64,000 nt of DNA, taken from positions 56,440 to 120,439 of the forward strand of contig JBEBCD010000057.1 in assembly GCA_041158045.1 (NCBI GenBank), in the 5' to 3' direction. Positions 27,014 through 36,884 of the stretch are shown here, piece by piece; positions within the stretch are counted from its first letter, which is position 1; each line of letters opens with the position of its first letter. The notes beneath the pieces were generated by a model. The model ran no database searches. It was given only the letters and a program-made list of their open reading frames with translations, and had not been told where the DNA came from. The translations under genes and the position numbers were made by a program. The DNA comes from Actinomycetota bacterium (GTDB taxonomy: Bacteria; Actinomycetota; Acidimicrobiia; Acidimicrobiales; Ilumatobacteraceae).

Positions 27014-28342
27014 GTGGCGGACGACCTCTTCACCGCCGCGGTCGCCGAGCGCCTCCGCGCGCAGGCGCCGCTCGCGGCCCGCATGCGGCCGCGCTCGCTC
27101 GACGAGGTCGTCGGCCAGCGCCACCTCGTCGCGCCGGGCGCGCCGCTGCGACGGCTCATCGAGGCCGACCGCATCTCGTCGCTCATCCTCTGGGGTCCGC
27201 CGGGCACGGGCAAGACGACGCTCGCCGAGGTCGTGGCGCGCACCACGAGCCGGCACTTCGAGCGGCTCTCCGCCGTCACCGCGGGGGTGCGCGACGTGCG
27301 CGCCGTGGTCGAGGCCGCCGAGGGCCGCCTCGGCCAGCAGGGGCGCGGGACGATCGTCTTCGTCGACGAGATCCACCGCTTCTCCACGTCGCAGCAGGAC
27401 GCCCTGCTCCCGTCGGTCGAGGCGGGCATCGTGACGCTCATCGGCGCCACGACGGAGAACCCGTACTTCGAGGTCAATGCGCCGCTGCGCTCGCGCTCCA
27501 CGCTCCTGCGCCTCGAGCCGCTCGCGCGCGGCGAGGTCCGCGAGCTGCTGTCCCGCGCCCTCGCCGCCGAGGCCGCCGAGGCCGACGCCGCCGCGCTCGA
27601 CGCGATCGCCGACCGCTGCGGCGGGGACGCCCGCCAGGCCCTCACGACGCTCGAGGTGGCGTGCGCGCTGGCGCGCCCCGCGCGCGTCGACGCGACGCAC
27701 GTGGACGCGGCCCTCGGGGTGAGCGCGATGCGCTACGGGCGCGACGACCACTACGACGTGGTCTCCGCGCTCATCAAGAGCGTGCGCGGGTCCGACCCCG
27801 ACGCGGGGCTGTTCTGGCTCGCGCGCATGCTGGAGGCGGGGGACGACCCGCGGTTCGTCGCGCGGCGGCTCGTGATCCTCGCGAGCGAGGACGTCGGCAT
27901 GGCCGACCCGCAGGCGCTCGTGGTGGCCGTCGCCGCCGCCCAGGCGGTGGAGACGGTCGGGATGCCGGAGGCGCAGCTCGCGCTCGCCCAAGCCGTGGTG
28001 CATCTCGCGACGTCGCCCAAGAGCAACCGCGTGGCGCTCGGCATCTGGTCCGCGCGCGACGACGTGCGCGCGGGCGCGGACCTCGAGGTGCCGGCCCACC
28101 TGCGCGACGGCCACTACGCGGGTGCGCGGGACCTCGGTCACGGCACGGGCTACGCGTACCCGCACGACGATCCGCGCGGCTGGGTGCCGCAGCGGTACCT
28201 GCCGGACGGCCTCGCGCCCCGACAGAATGAGGACGACGCATCGGGCCGGTACTACCGGCCGGGTCCCCACGGCGCGGAGGCCGAGGTGGCCCGTCGGCTC
28301 CGGGCGATGCGCGACGATCGGGGAGGGACGACGGACGCATGA
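27014..28342 (+). CDS. rarA: Replication-associated recombination protein A (RarA/MgsA AAA+ ATPase)
   Basis: 442 aa. Walker A GPPGTGKTT, Walker B VFVDEIHRF, GATTENPYFEV, YDVVSALIKSVRGSDPDA. Confidence 0.9.
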   Translation: MADDLFTAAVAERLRAQAPLAARMRPRSLDEVVGQRHLVAPGAPLRRLIEADRISSLILWGPPGTGKTTLAEVVARTTSRHFERLSAVTAGVRDVRAVVEAAEGRLGQQGRGTIVFVDEIHRFSTSQQDALLPSVEAGIVTLIGATTENPYFEVNAPLRSRSTLLRLEPLARGEVRELLSRALAAEAAEADAAALDAIADRCGGDARQALTTLEVACALARPARVDATHVDAALGVSAMRYGRDDHYDVVSALIKSVRGSDPDAGLFWLARMLEAGDDPRFVARRLVILASEDVGMADPQALVVAVAAAQAVETVGMPEAQLALAQAVVHLATSPKSNRVALGIWSARDDVRAGADLEVPAHLRDGHYAGARDLGHGTGYAYPHDDPRGWVPQRYLPDGLAPRQNEDDASGRYYRPGPHGAEAEVARRLRAMRDDRGGTTDA

Positions 28343-28578
28343 GCGGCGAGCGGCGCGGGATCCGCGCGGTGCTGGGGTTCCTCCTCGTGGCGGCGGTCGT
28401 GGCCGGCGTCGTCGTGCTCGCGCGGCGGCGCGGCGTGCGCCCGACGCTCGCGGGCGTCGCGGGCCTCGCGCGCGGCGGCGCGGACCGCGCGGTCGCGACG
28501 TGGCGCGGGCTCGTCGGCGGCGAGCGCGTGACCGACGAGGACCTCGAGCGGCTGTTCGGCGAGCAGTCGCAGGGCTGA
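28339..28578 (+). CDS. Hypothetical small membrane protein (79 aa, one TM helix)
   Basis: ATGA overlap with the rarA stop. Ends 7 nt before alaS. Third codon positions are essentially all G/C. Hydrophobic segment AVLGFLLVAAVVAGVVVLA. No recognisable motif. Confidence 0.45.
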   Translation: MSGERRGIRAVLGFLLVAAVVAGVVVLARRRGVRPTLAGVAGLARGGADRAVATWRGLVGGERVTDEDLERLFGEQSQG

Positions 28579-28585
28579 GGCGGCG

Positions 28586-31207
28586 GTGACCGCGCCCTCG
28601 GGAGCCCCGCGCAGCGCGGACGCGCTGCGCGGCGCGTTCTCCGACTTCTTCGCCGCCCGCGGGCACGCCCGCGTGCCGTCGGCGAGCCTCATCCCGCACG
28701 ACCCGACCGTGCTCTTCACGGTCGCGGGCATGGTGCCGTTCAAGCCGTACTTCCTCGGCGACGAGACGCCACCGTCGCGCCGCGCCGTGAGCGTGCAGAA
28801 GTGCGCGCGCGCCGGTGGCAAGCACAACGACCTCGACGACGTGGGGCGCACCAAGCGGCACCTCGTGTTCTTCGAGATGCTCGGCAACTTCAGCTTCGGC
28901 GACTACTTCAAGTCCGACGCGATCCCGTGGAGCTGGGAGCTCGTGACCGAGGTCTTCGGCTTCGACGGCGATCGCCTGTGGATCACGGTGCACGAGAGCG
29001 ACGACGAGGCCGAGGCGATCTGGCACGAGCAGGTGGGCGTGCCGATGTCGCGCATCCAGCGCCTCGGGGATGCCGACAACTTCTGGCAGATGGGAGAGAC
29101 GGGCCCGTGCGGGCCGTGCTCCGAGATCCACATCGACCGCGGCCCGGCCTTCGGTCCCGACGGTGGGCCGCTGCACGACCCCGCGGGGGACCGCTTCCTC
29201 GAGTTCTGGAACCTCGTGTTCATGCAGTTCGATCAGTCGGCCGACGGCACGCGCACGCCGCTGCCGCGACCGAGCATCGACACGGGCGCGGGCCTCGAGC
29301 GGATCCTCACCCTCGTCCAGGGCGTCGACTCGGTCTGGGAGACCGACGTGCTGCTCCCGCTCGTCGAGCACGCGGGGCGTCTCGCCGGCGCGTCGTACCG
29401 GCCCGGCGACTACGCGGACCGCGCGAGCTTCTCGCTGCGGGTGCTCGCCGAGCACGCGCGCTCCTCCACGATGCTCGTGAGCGACGGCGTGTTCCCGTCC
29501 AACGAGGGCCGCGGCTACGTGCTGCGGCGCATCATCCGCCGCGCCGTGCGCCACGCCTACCTGCTCGGGACGCAGCGCCTCGTCATGCCCGAGCTCGCGC
29601 GCACCGCGATCGGCACCATGGGCGCGGCGTACCCCGACCTGCGGGCCAACGAGGACTTCATCACCGGCGTGCTCGCCAAGGAGGAGGAGGGCTTCCGCCG
29701 CACGCTCGCGACGGGACTCTCGATCCTCGAGGGCGAGATCGGCGGGCGATCGGGCGGCGTGCTCGGCGGATCGAGCGCGTTCCTGCTCCACGACACCTAC
29801 GGCTTCCCCCTCGAGCTCACGCAGGAGATCACGCAGGAGCGCGGCATGTCGGTCGACGTCGCCGGGTTCGACGCCGAGATGGCGGCGCAGCGCGCCCGTG
29901 CCAAGGCGGCGCGTCGCGCGGTGGCCAACGACGACGAGCGGGCGCGGGCGTACCGGGAGATCGTCGAGGCGCACGGCACCACCCGCTTCGTCGGCTACGA
30001 CGTCGACGCCGCGGACGCGACCATCCTCCAGGTCGTCGACGGGGCGGAGGACGGCACCGTCGAGGTGTATCTCGATGTCACGCCCTTCTACGCCGAGAGC
30101 GGCGGCCAGGTCGGCGACCGGGGCACCATCGTCGGCGACGACGTGGAGATCGCCGTCCACGACGCGACCTTCGCGGTGCCCGGGCTGCGCCGTCACGTCG
30201 GGCGCGTCGTGCGCGGGGTGCCCGCGCCCGGCCTCGCGGTGCGCGCCACCATCGACGCGGTCGCGCGCGCGGCGACGCGGCGCAACCACACGGCGACGCA
30301 CGTGCTGCACCATGCGCTGCGGCGAGTGCTCGGCGACCATGTCAAGCAGGCGGGCTCGCTCGTGGCGCCCGACCGCCTGCGCTTCGACTTCAGCCACTAC
30401 GAGGCGGTCGGCCCCGACGAGATCCGCGAGATCGAGCGCATCGCCAACGAGGAGGTGCTCGCCAACGCCGACGTGCGGGCCTACGAGACGAGCAAGGAGG
30501 ATGCCGCGGCGCGCGGCGCCATCGCGTTCTTCGGCGACAAGTACGGGGACGTCGTGCGGGTGCTCGAGGCGGGCAGCTCGATCGAGCTCTGCGGCGGCAC
30601 GCACGTCGCCGCCACGGGCGACATCGGGCTCGTGAAGATCGTGGCGGAGGGCAGCATCGGGTCCAACCTCCGGCGCATCGAGGCGGTCACGGGCGCCAAC
30701 GCCCTGCGCTGGGCCCACGGCGTCGTGCGGTCGCTCGACGAGGCGGCGGGCCTCGTGGGTGCGACGGCGACGACCCTCGTCGACGGGGTGCGCCGCACCG
30801 TGGCGGAGCTCGAGGAGGCCCGGGAGGAGATCCGCCGACTGCGGCGCGAGGTCGCGCGCGCGGGTGCGGCGGACGTCGCGGCGCGCGCCGCGGGGGGCGT
30901 CGCGGTGGAGCGCGTCGACGGGCTCGCGGCCGGGGACCTGCGAGACCTCGCCCTCGCCGTGCGCGCGGCGCCCGGCATGCGCGCGGTCGTGCTCGTGGGC
31001 GCCACCCCGACGGGCGGCGTCGCACTCGTGGCCGCCGTCGCGCCCGGCACGGCGGGCGGAGCGGGTCCGCTCATCGCGGCCGCGGCGCGCGCGGTCGGCG
31101 GTGGCGGTGGCGGCAAGGGGGACGTGGCGACCGCGGGTGGCAAGCACCCGGAGCGCATCGACGAGGCGATCGCCCTCGCGCGCGAGGCGGCCGCGGGCCT
31201 TGGCTGA
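28586..31207 (+). CDS. alaS: Alanine--tRNA ligase
   Basis: 873 aa. FFEMLGNFSFGDYFK, WNLVFMQF, editing-domain HTATHVLHHAL, CGGTHV. Confidence 0.95.
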   Translation: MTAPSGAPRSADALRGAFSDFFAARGHARVPSASLIPHDPTVLFTVAGMVPFKPYFLGDETPPSRRAVSVQKCARAGGKHNDLDDVGRTKRHLVFFEMLGNFSFGDYFKSDAIPWSWELVTEVFGFDGDRLWITVHESDDEAEAIWHEQVGVPMSRIQRLGDADNFWQMGETGPCGPCSEIHIDRGPAFGPDGGPLHDPAGDRFLEFWNLVFMQFDQSADGTRTPLPRPSIDTGAGLERILTLVQGVDSVWETDVLLPLVEHAGRLAGASYRPGDYADRASFSLRVLAEHARSSTMLVSDGVFPSNEGRGYVLRRIIRRAVRHAYLLGTQRLVMPELARTAIGTMGAAYPDLRANEDFITGVLAKEEEGFRRTLATGLSILEGEIGGRSGGVLGGSSAFLLHDTYGFPLELTQEITQERGMSVDVAGFDAEMAAQRARAKAARRAVANDDERARAYREIVEAHGTTRFVGYDVDAADATILQVVDGAEDGTVEVYLDVTPFYAESGGQVGDRGTIVGDDVEIAVHDATFAVPGLRRHVGRVVRGVPAPGLAVRATIDAVARAATRRNHTATHVLHHALRRVLGDHVKQAGSLVAPDRLRFDFSHYEAVGPDEIREIERIANEEVLANADVRAYETSKEDAAARGAIAFFGDKYGDVVRVLEAGSSIELCGGTHVAATGDIGLVKIVAEGSIGSNLRRIEAVTGANALRWAHGVVRSLDEAAGLVGATATTLVDGVRRTVAELEEAREEIRRLRREVARAGAADVAARAAGGVAVERVDGLAAGDLRDLALAVRAAPGMRAVVLVGATPTGGVALVAAVAPGTAGGAGPLIAAAARAVGGGGGGKGDVATAGGKHPERIDEAIALAREAAAGLG

Positions 31208-31637
31208 CCGGGCGGGGCGCGCCCTCGGGGTGGACCTCGGCTCCAAGCGCGTCGGCCTCGCCCTCTCGGACGCGACCAGGACGATCGCGTCGCCGCTCGA
31301 GGTGCTGCGTCGCAGCGGCTCGGAGCCGGCCGACCACGCGGCCATCGCGCGGATCGCGGCCGAGCACGACGTGGGCGTCGTCGTGGTGGGCCTCCCGCTC
31401 ACGATGGCCGGCACGACGGGCAGCGCCGCCGAGGGCGTCCTCGCCGAGGTCGCGCGCATGCGCGACGCGATCCCGCTCCCGATCGAGGTGCACGACGAAC
31501 GGCTCACGACGCGCACCGCGGACGGGATCATGCGCGACGCGCGGATGACGGCGCAGGCGCGACGCCGCGTCGTCGACAAGGTCGCGGCGGCCGTGATGCT
31601 CCAGTCGTGGCTCGACGGGGCGGGGGTGCGCGGATGA
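31200..31637 (+). CDS. ruvX: Holliday junction resolvase-like nuclease RuvX (YqgF)
   Basis: TTG at 31200 (alternative GTG at 31230) in the frame of the listed 30759..31637 ORF. GVDLGSKRVGLALSD, VVVGLPLTMAGT, DERLTT. Confidence 0.85.
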   Translation: MADRAGRALGVDLGSKRVGLALSDATRTIASPLEVLRRSGSEPADHAAIARIAAEHDVGVVVVGLPLTMAGTTGSAAEGVLAEVARMRDAIPLPIEVHDERLTTRTADGIMRDARMTAQARRRVVDKVAAAVMLQSWLDGAGVRG

Positions 31638-32812
31638 ACGACCGCTGGCGCGAGGACCCGTGGGACGCGCGTGCCGCCTGGGAGCGGGACGCGTACGAGC
31701 CGGCGCCCGGCGGCTGGCGTCCGTCGCGGCGCGTCGTCGCCCCGGTGGCGCTCGCGGTCGCCGTCGCGATCGTCGGCGCGGCGATCGGGGGCGTGTGGTG
31801 GCTGCGCCAGCTCAACCCCCGGGGCGAGGCAGCGGTGGCCACCGCCTTCGAGGTGCGCGAGGGCGACGACCTCGCGTCGGTGAGCGAGCGCCTCGAGGCG
31901 GAGGGCTTCGTGACGTCGGCCCGCGCGTTCCGCTGGTACGTCGCGCGGCGCGGCGGCCTCGAGCTCGTGCCGGGCACCTACGCGATCGTCGCGCGCAGCC
32001 ACGTCGGCGACGTGCAGCGCGCGCTCGGCACGACGCCCGAGATGCGCTACGTCGACGTCACGTTCCCGGAGGGCTTCACCGTGGCGCAGATCGCGCGGCG
32101 CCTCGCCGAGGCGACGGGACGGCTCACCGAGGCCGAGGTGCTCGACGCCGCCCGCGACCCGGGCGTGGTCTCCGACCTCGCGCCCGGGGACCGCGGGCCG
32201 CTCGCGGCCGCGGTCTCGCCGGCCGAGGGGCTCCTGTTCCCCGACACCTACGAGGTCTCGGGGTCGCAGGACGCCGCCCAGGTGCTCCAGCGCCTCGCCG
32301 ACCAGATGTCGGCCGTCGCCGCGCAGGAGGGGCTCGCCGAGTCCCGCGCGCGCGTCGGCGTGGATCCGTACGAGGTCCTCATCGTCGCCTCGCTCGTCGA
32401 GCGCGAGGCCAAGCTCGAGGCCGACCGCGCGCGCATCGCCCGGGTGATCTACAACCGCCTGGAGCGCGGGATGGAGCTGCAGATCGACGCGAGCCTGTAC
32501 TACGGCGCGCCCGAGGGCGCGTCCTTCGCCGACCTCAAGGCCGCCGACGGCCCGTACAACACGTACCGGCGCCGCGGCCTCCCGCCGACGCCGATCGCCA
32601 ATCCCGGTCGCGCCGCGATCCGCGCCGCGATGAACCCCGCACCCAACCCGCCGCTCTCCGACCCGATGTGCGCCGGCATCCGGCGCGCTGCCAACTGCGC
32701 CTACCTCTACTACGTGCTCGCCGACGCCGAGGGCGGCCACGCGTTCGCGGCGACCTACGAGGCGCACCAGCGCAACGTCGAGGCGGCCCGCGCCGCGGGG
32801 CTGCTGCCGTGA
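31634..32812 (+). CDS. mltG: Endolytic murein transglycosylase MltG (YceG-like)
   Basis: The ATG at 31634 forms an ATGA overlap with the ruvX stop. N-terminal TM. LVASLVEREAK, YNTYRRRGLPPTPIANPG. Confidence 0.85.
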   Translation: MNDRWREDPWDARAAWERDAYEPAPGGWRPSRRVVAPVALAVAVAIVGAAIGGVWWLRQLNPRGEAAVATAFEVREGDDLASVSERLEAEGFVTSARAFRWYVARRGGLELVPGTYAIVARSHVGDVQRALGTTPEMRYVDVTFPEGFTVAQIARRLAEATGRLTEAEVLDAARDPGVVSDLAPGDRGPLAAAVSPAEGLLFPDTYEVSGSQDAAQVLQRLADQMSAVAAQEGLAESRARVGVDPYEVLIVASLVEREAKLEADRARIARVIYNRLERGMELQIDASLYYGAPEGASFADLKAADGPYNTYRRRGLPPTPIANPGRAAIRAAMNPAPNPPLSDPMCAGIRRAANCAYLYYVLADAEGGHAFAATYEAHQRNVEAARAAGLLP

Positions 32813-33675
32813 TCCGCGCCGCGACTCGACTCGCCGTCGTGGTCGGCGACCCCGTCGCCGCGAGCCTGTCGCCGGCGATCCACGCCGCCGCCTTCGCCGC
32901 GGCGGGCGCGGACTGGGCGTACGGCGCGGTGCGGGTGCGCCCCGGGGGCATGCCGGGCTTCGTGCGCGCCATGCGGGCGCTGCCCGTCTCGGGCGCCTCG
33001 GTCACGATGCCGCACAAGGCCGCCGCGGCGGCGCTCGCCGACCTCGCGGACGACGACGTGCGCCTGCTCGGCGCGGCCAACACGCTCTCGCTCGACGCCG
33101 CCGGCCGGATCCGGGCCCGCTCGACGGACGGAGAGGGCGCGCGCGACGCGCTCGTGGCGGCCGGCGCGTCGATCGCGGGGGCCCGCGCGGTCGTGATCGG
33201 CGCCGGCGGCACGGCGGCGTCGGTGGTGCTGGCCCTCGCGCGCGCGGGCGCGGAGGTCGCGGTGGTCAATCGTACGGCGGCCCGCGCGGCCGAGCTCGCC
33301 CGCGCCGTGTCGGGCGCGGTCGCCGGCGCGCGGGTGCGCGACGCGGGGATGGACGCGGTCGGCGACGCCGACGTCGTCGTGCACGCGACGCCCGTCGGGA
33401 TGGGCGCCGACGAGTCGCCCGTGCCGCGGTCGGCGTGGCGCGCCGGCCAGACCGTGCTCGACGCCGTGTACCACCCGCTCGATACCCGCGCGTTGCGCGA
33501 GGCCCGTGCCGCGGGCGCGACCGTCGTCGACGGACTCGAGATGCTCGTGCGCCAGGCGGCGCTGCAGCAGCGCGAGTGGATCGATCGCACGCCCGACGTC
33601 GCCGCGATGCGGCGCGCCGCGACCGACGAGCTCGCGCGGCGTCGGACGAACTCCCGCGGCGGCGACCACCGATAG
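32809..33675 (+). CDS. aroE: Shikimate dehydrogenase
   Basis: GTGA overlap with mltG. SLSPAIHAAAF, VTMPHK, GAANTL, STDGEG, GAGGTAASV. Confidence 0.85.
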   Translation: MIRAATRLAVVVGDPVAASLSPAIHAAAFAAAGADWAYGAVRVRPGGMPGFVRAMRALPVSGASVTMPHKAAAAALADLADDDVRLLGAANTLSLDAAGRIRARSTDGEGARDALVAAGASIAGARAVVIGAGGTAASVVLALARAGAEVAVVNRTAARAAELARAVSGAVAGARVRDAGMDAVGDADVVVHATPVGMGADESPVPRSAWRAGQTVLDAVYHPLDTRALREARAAGATVVDGLEMLVRQAALQQREWIDRTPDVAAMRRAATDELARRRTNSRGGDHR

Positions 33676-33678
33676 CCT
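33673..33678 (+). promoter_or_regulatory. -10-like hexamer TAGCCT, 6 nt upstream of aroC GTG
   Basis: The TAG is the aroE stop codon. No SD. Confidence 0.4.
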
Positions 33679-33684
33679 GATCGC

Positions 33685-34845
33685 GTGCTGCGCTTCCTCA
33701 CCGCGGGCGAGAGCCACGGACGGGCGCTCACCGTCATCGTCGAGGGACTGCCCGCGGGCCTCTGGGTGGTGCGCGACGACCTCGCCGCCGAGCTGGCCCG
33801 CCGCCGCCTCGGCCACGGACGCGGGCCCCGCCAGCGCTTCGAGGAGGACGAGATCACCATCGTCGCCGGCGTGCGCCACGGGCGCACCCTCGGCTCCCCG
33901 GTGAGCATCGAGATCAAGAACACCGAGTGGTTCCGCAGCGAGACCTGGCACGCCGAGATGTCGCCCGAGCCCGGCGTCAGCGAGCGTCCGCTCACGCAGC
34001 CGCGCCCCGGCCATGCCGACCTCGCCGGGATGCAGAAGTACGGCTTCGAGGACGCGCGCAACGTGCTCGAGCGGGCGAGCGCCCGCGAGACGGCCGCGCG
34101 GGTCGTGGCGGGCGCGCTCGCCAAGGCGTTGCTCAAGGAGATCGGCGTCTCAGTGTTCTCCCACGTGGTGCAGCTCGGTGCCGTGCGCGCCGGCGACCGC
34201 CGCCCGATGCCCGACGACATGTTCGAGGTCGACGAGTCGCCCGTGCGCTGCTTCGACCCCGATGCGGCCGCGCGGATGGTCGCCGAGATCGAGGCGGCGG
34301 CCAAGGACGGCGACAGCCTCGGCGGCGTCATCGAGGTGCTCGCGACGGGCGTGCCCGTCGGGCTCGGCAGCTACGTCCACTGGGACCGTCGCCTCGACGG
34401 CCTGCTCGCGCGCGCGATCATGAGCATCCAGGCGGTGAAGGGCGTGGAGGTCGGCGACGGCTTCGAGGTGGCCGGTCGGCGGGGGAGCGCGGCCCACGAC
34501 CCGATCGAGTGGGACGAGGCGGGCCGCACCTACCGCCGCACGTCGACCCTGGCGGGCGGCACCGAGGGCGGCATGTCGACGGGCGAGCTCCTCGTGGTGC
34601 GCGCGGCGATGAAGCCGCTCGCGACGCTCAACCGCCCGACGCTGAGGACCGTCGACGTGGTGACCAAGGAGGAGACGGTGAGCTTCAAGGAGCGCACCGA
34701 CGTGACGGCGGTCCCCGCGATGGGGGTCGTGGCCGAGACGATGGTGGCGCTCGTGCTCGCCGCCGAGGCCCAGCGCAAGTTCGGCGGCGACTCCGTCGAG
34801 GAGTTCGTCCGCAACGTCGCCACGTACCGCGGCGCGCTGCGGTGA
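33685..34845 (+). CDS. aroC: Chorismate synthase
   Basis: 386 aa. [38 protein letters not shown]. Confidence 0.95.
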   Translation: MLRFLTAGESHGRALTVIVEGLPAGLWVVRDDLAAELARRRLGHGRGPRQRFEEDEITIVAGVRHGRTLGSPVSIEIKNTEWFRSETWHAEMSPEPGVSERPLTQPRPGHADLAGMQKYGFEDARNVLERASARETAARVVAGALAKALLKEIGVSVFSHVVQLGAVRAGDRRPMPDDMFEVDESPVRCFDPDAAARMVAEIEAAAKDGDSLGGVIEVLATGVPVGLGSYVHWDRRLDGLLARAIMSIQAVKGVEVGDGFEVAGRRGSAAHDPIEWDEAGRTYRRTSTLAGGTEGGMSTGELLVVRAAMKPLATLNRPTLRTVDVVTKEETVSFKERTDVTAVPAMGVVAETMVALVLAAEAQRKFGGDSVEEFVRNVATYRGALR

Positions 34846-35402
34846 GCGGGACCCGTACCGCCGCCGCCCGTCCCGGTACGCCCGCGGCCGAGCCGTTCGT
34901 CGTGCTGGTCGGCCTCATGGGTAGCGGCAAGTCGAGCGTCGGCCGCCGCCTCGCCCGACGGCTGGGGCTGCCCTTCGCCGACTCCGACGAGCTCGTGGAG
35001 CGCGCGGCCGGCCGGAGCGTGCGAGAGATCTTCGCCGAGCGCGGCGAGGCGGCCTTCCGCGACCTCGAGCGCCGGGCCGTCGCCGACGGGTGCGCGGCGG
35101 CGGGCGGCGGCGTCTTCGCGGTCGCCGGCGGCGCCGTGCTCGACGAGGGGTCGCGCGCCGCGCTGCGGGCCCGCGCGACGCACGTGGTCTGGCTGGACGC
35201 CCCGACGCCCGAGCTCGTGCGTCGCACCGGGCGCGCGGCGCACCGTCCGGCGCTCGACGACGACGCGTCGGGGACGCTCGCGGCGATGCGCGCCGCGCGG
35301 GAGGCGCTCTACCGCGACCTCGCGACCCTGCGCGTCGACACCGCCGGGAGGGACCTCGACGAGGTGACCGACGCGGTGGTCCGCGCGGTGGGGGCCCCGT
35401 GA
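34842..35402 (+). CDS. aroK: Shikimate kinase
   Basis: GTGA overlap with aroC. Walker [34 protein letters not shown]. Confidence 0.9.
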   Translation: MSGTRTAAARPGTPAAEPFVVLVGLMGSGKSSVGRRLARRLGLPFADSDELVERAAGRSVREIFAERGEAAFRDLERRAVADGCAAAGGGVFAVAGGAVLDEGSRAALRARATHVVWLDAPTPELVRRTGRAAHRPALDDDASGTLAAMRAAREALYRDLATLRVDTAGRDLDEVTDAVVRAVGAP

Positions 35403-36418
35403 GCGAGACCGTGCGGGTCGAGCTCGGCGCGCGGGGCTACGACGTGCTCGTCGGCCACGGCGTCGTCGGCGAGCTCGCGCGCGTCGTACGCGAGACGACG
35501 GGCGCGCGCCGCGCCGCCGTCCTCACGCAGGCGGGCATCCCCGTCGCGGCGGACCCCGGCGTCCCCGCGACGCGCATCGAGCTGCCCGCGGGCGAGGCGG
35601 CCAAGGACCTCGCGGTCGTCGCGCGGGTGGCGGGCGAGCTGGCCCGCGCGGGCATCACGCGCGACGACGCGATCGTCGGCGTCGGCGGCGGGGTCGTCAC
35701 CGACGTCGCGGGATTCGTCGCCGCGACCTGGCACCGCGGCACGCCGGTGGTGCACGTCGCCACGACCCTGGTCGGGATGGTGGACGCGGCGATCGGCGGC
35801 AAGACGGGGGTCAACCTCCCGGAGGGGAAGAACCTCGTGGGCGCCTTCTGGCAGCCGCGCGCCGTCCTCTGCGAGCTCGACGCCCTGGCGCACCTGCCGG
35901 CCCGCGAGACGCGCTGCGGCCTCGGGGAGATCGCGAAGTACCACTTCCTCACGGGCGAGGACCTCCTCGCGCTGCCGATGGCACGGCGGGTCGCGCGCTG
36001 CGTGGCGATCAAGGCCGCGGTCGTGGCCGAGGACGAGACCGAGTCGGGCCGGCGCGCGATCCTCAACTACGGCCACACCCTCGCGCACGCCCTCGAGCGC
36101 ACCACGGGCCACGCGCTCGCGCACGGTGAGACCGTCGCGATCGGCCTCGTGTTCGCCGCCGAGGTGGCGGGCGCGATGGGCCGCATCGACGCGGCGCGCG
36201 TGCGACGCCACTACGAGGTGGTGCGCGACGCGTACGGCCTGCCCGTCGAGGTGCCGCGCGGCGCGGGGCGCGACGAGCTCGCCGCCTACATGCGCAGGGA
36301 CAAGAAGGCGCGCGAGGGCTACGCGTTCGTGCTCGACGGTCCGCGCGGCGTGGAGCTCGTGCGCGACGTGCCGCCCGACGCCGTGGACCGGGCCTTCGAC
36401 GCACTGGGCGTAGGCTGA
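35399..36418 (+). CDS. aroB: 3-dehydroquinate synthase
   Basis: GTGA overlap with aroK. VGVGGGVVTDVAGFVAAT, GGKTGVNLPEGKNLVGAFWQP, NYGHTLAHALE. Confidence 0.9.
   Translation: MSETVRVELGARGYDVLVGHGVVGELARVVRETTGARRAAVLTQAGIPVAADPGVPATRIELPAGEAAKDLAVVARVAGELARAGITRDDAIVGVGGGVVTDVAGFVAATWHRGTPVVHVATTLVGMVDAAIGGKTGVNLPEGKNLVGAFWQPRAVLCELDALAHLPARETRCGLGEIAKYHFLTGEDLLALPMARRVARCVAIKAAVVAEDETESGRRAILNYGHTLAHALERTTGHALAHGETVAIGLVFAAEVAGAMGRIDAARVRRHYEVVRDAYGLPVEVPRGAGRDELAAYMRRDKKAREGYAFVLDGPRGVELVRDVPPDAVDRAFDALGVG
36411..36416 (+). promoter_or_regulatory. -10-like hexamer TAGGCT, 6 nt upstream of aroQ GTG
   Basis: Lies in the last codons of aroB. No SD. Confidence 0.4.
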
Positions 36419-36422
36419 CGCG

Positions 36423-36884
36423 GTGGCCACGGACCCGCGTCCGCGCCTCGTCCTGCTCAACGGCCCCAACCTCGACCTGCTGGGGGAGCGCGAGCCGGAG
36501 ATCTACGGCACCGACCGCCTCGAGGACCACGTCCGCCGCGCGCGCGAGGCCGCGACCTGGCTCGGGGCCGACCTGGAGGTCGCCGTGGCGCAGAGCGCGG
36601 GCCGGATGGTGGAGCTGATCCACGCGGCGCGGGGCACGGCCGACGCCCTCATCGTCAACCCCGGGGCCCTCACCCACTTCGCCTGGAGCGTGCACGACGC
36701 CCTCGCCGCGTTCGACGGGCCGGTCGTCGAGGTGCACCTCAGCAACCCCGCGACCCGCGAGCCCTGGCGCCACGAGAGCGTCGTCGCGCCGGTCGCGAGC
36801 GGCACGATCGCGGGCTTCGGCGCCCCGAGCTACGTCTTCGCGGTCCACGCCGCCGTCACCCTCCTGCGGGAGCGCCGCGCGTGA
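36423..36884 (+). CDS. aroQ: Type II 3-dehydroquinate dehydratase
   Basis: 153 aa. LLNGPNLDLLGEREPEIYG, NPGALTHFAWSVHDAL, VEVHLSNP. Confidence 0.9.
   Translation: MATDPRPRLVLLNGPNLDLLGEREPEIYGTDRLEDHVRRAREAATWLGADLEVAVAQSAGRMVELIHAARGTADALIVNPGALTHFAWSVHDALAAFDGPVVEVHLSNPATREPWRHESVVAPVASGTIAGFGAPSYVFAVHAAVTLLRERRA

Noticed and set aside
26888-32767. A 1959-aa minus-strand ORF. Similar long antisense ORFs include 2202-5243, 8048-9907, 10564-13188, 20180-23599, 24799-27645, 44167-47655, 46503-48341, 50137-52368, 52247-54067 and 58996-61914
   Set aside because: All lie antisense to genes with unmistakable conserved motifs. Their translations are dominated by R, A, G, P, D, H and V with no recognisable domains. 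This is the typical shadow-ORF behaviour of high-GC genomes.
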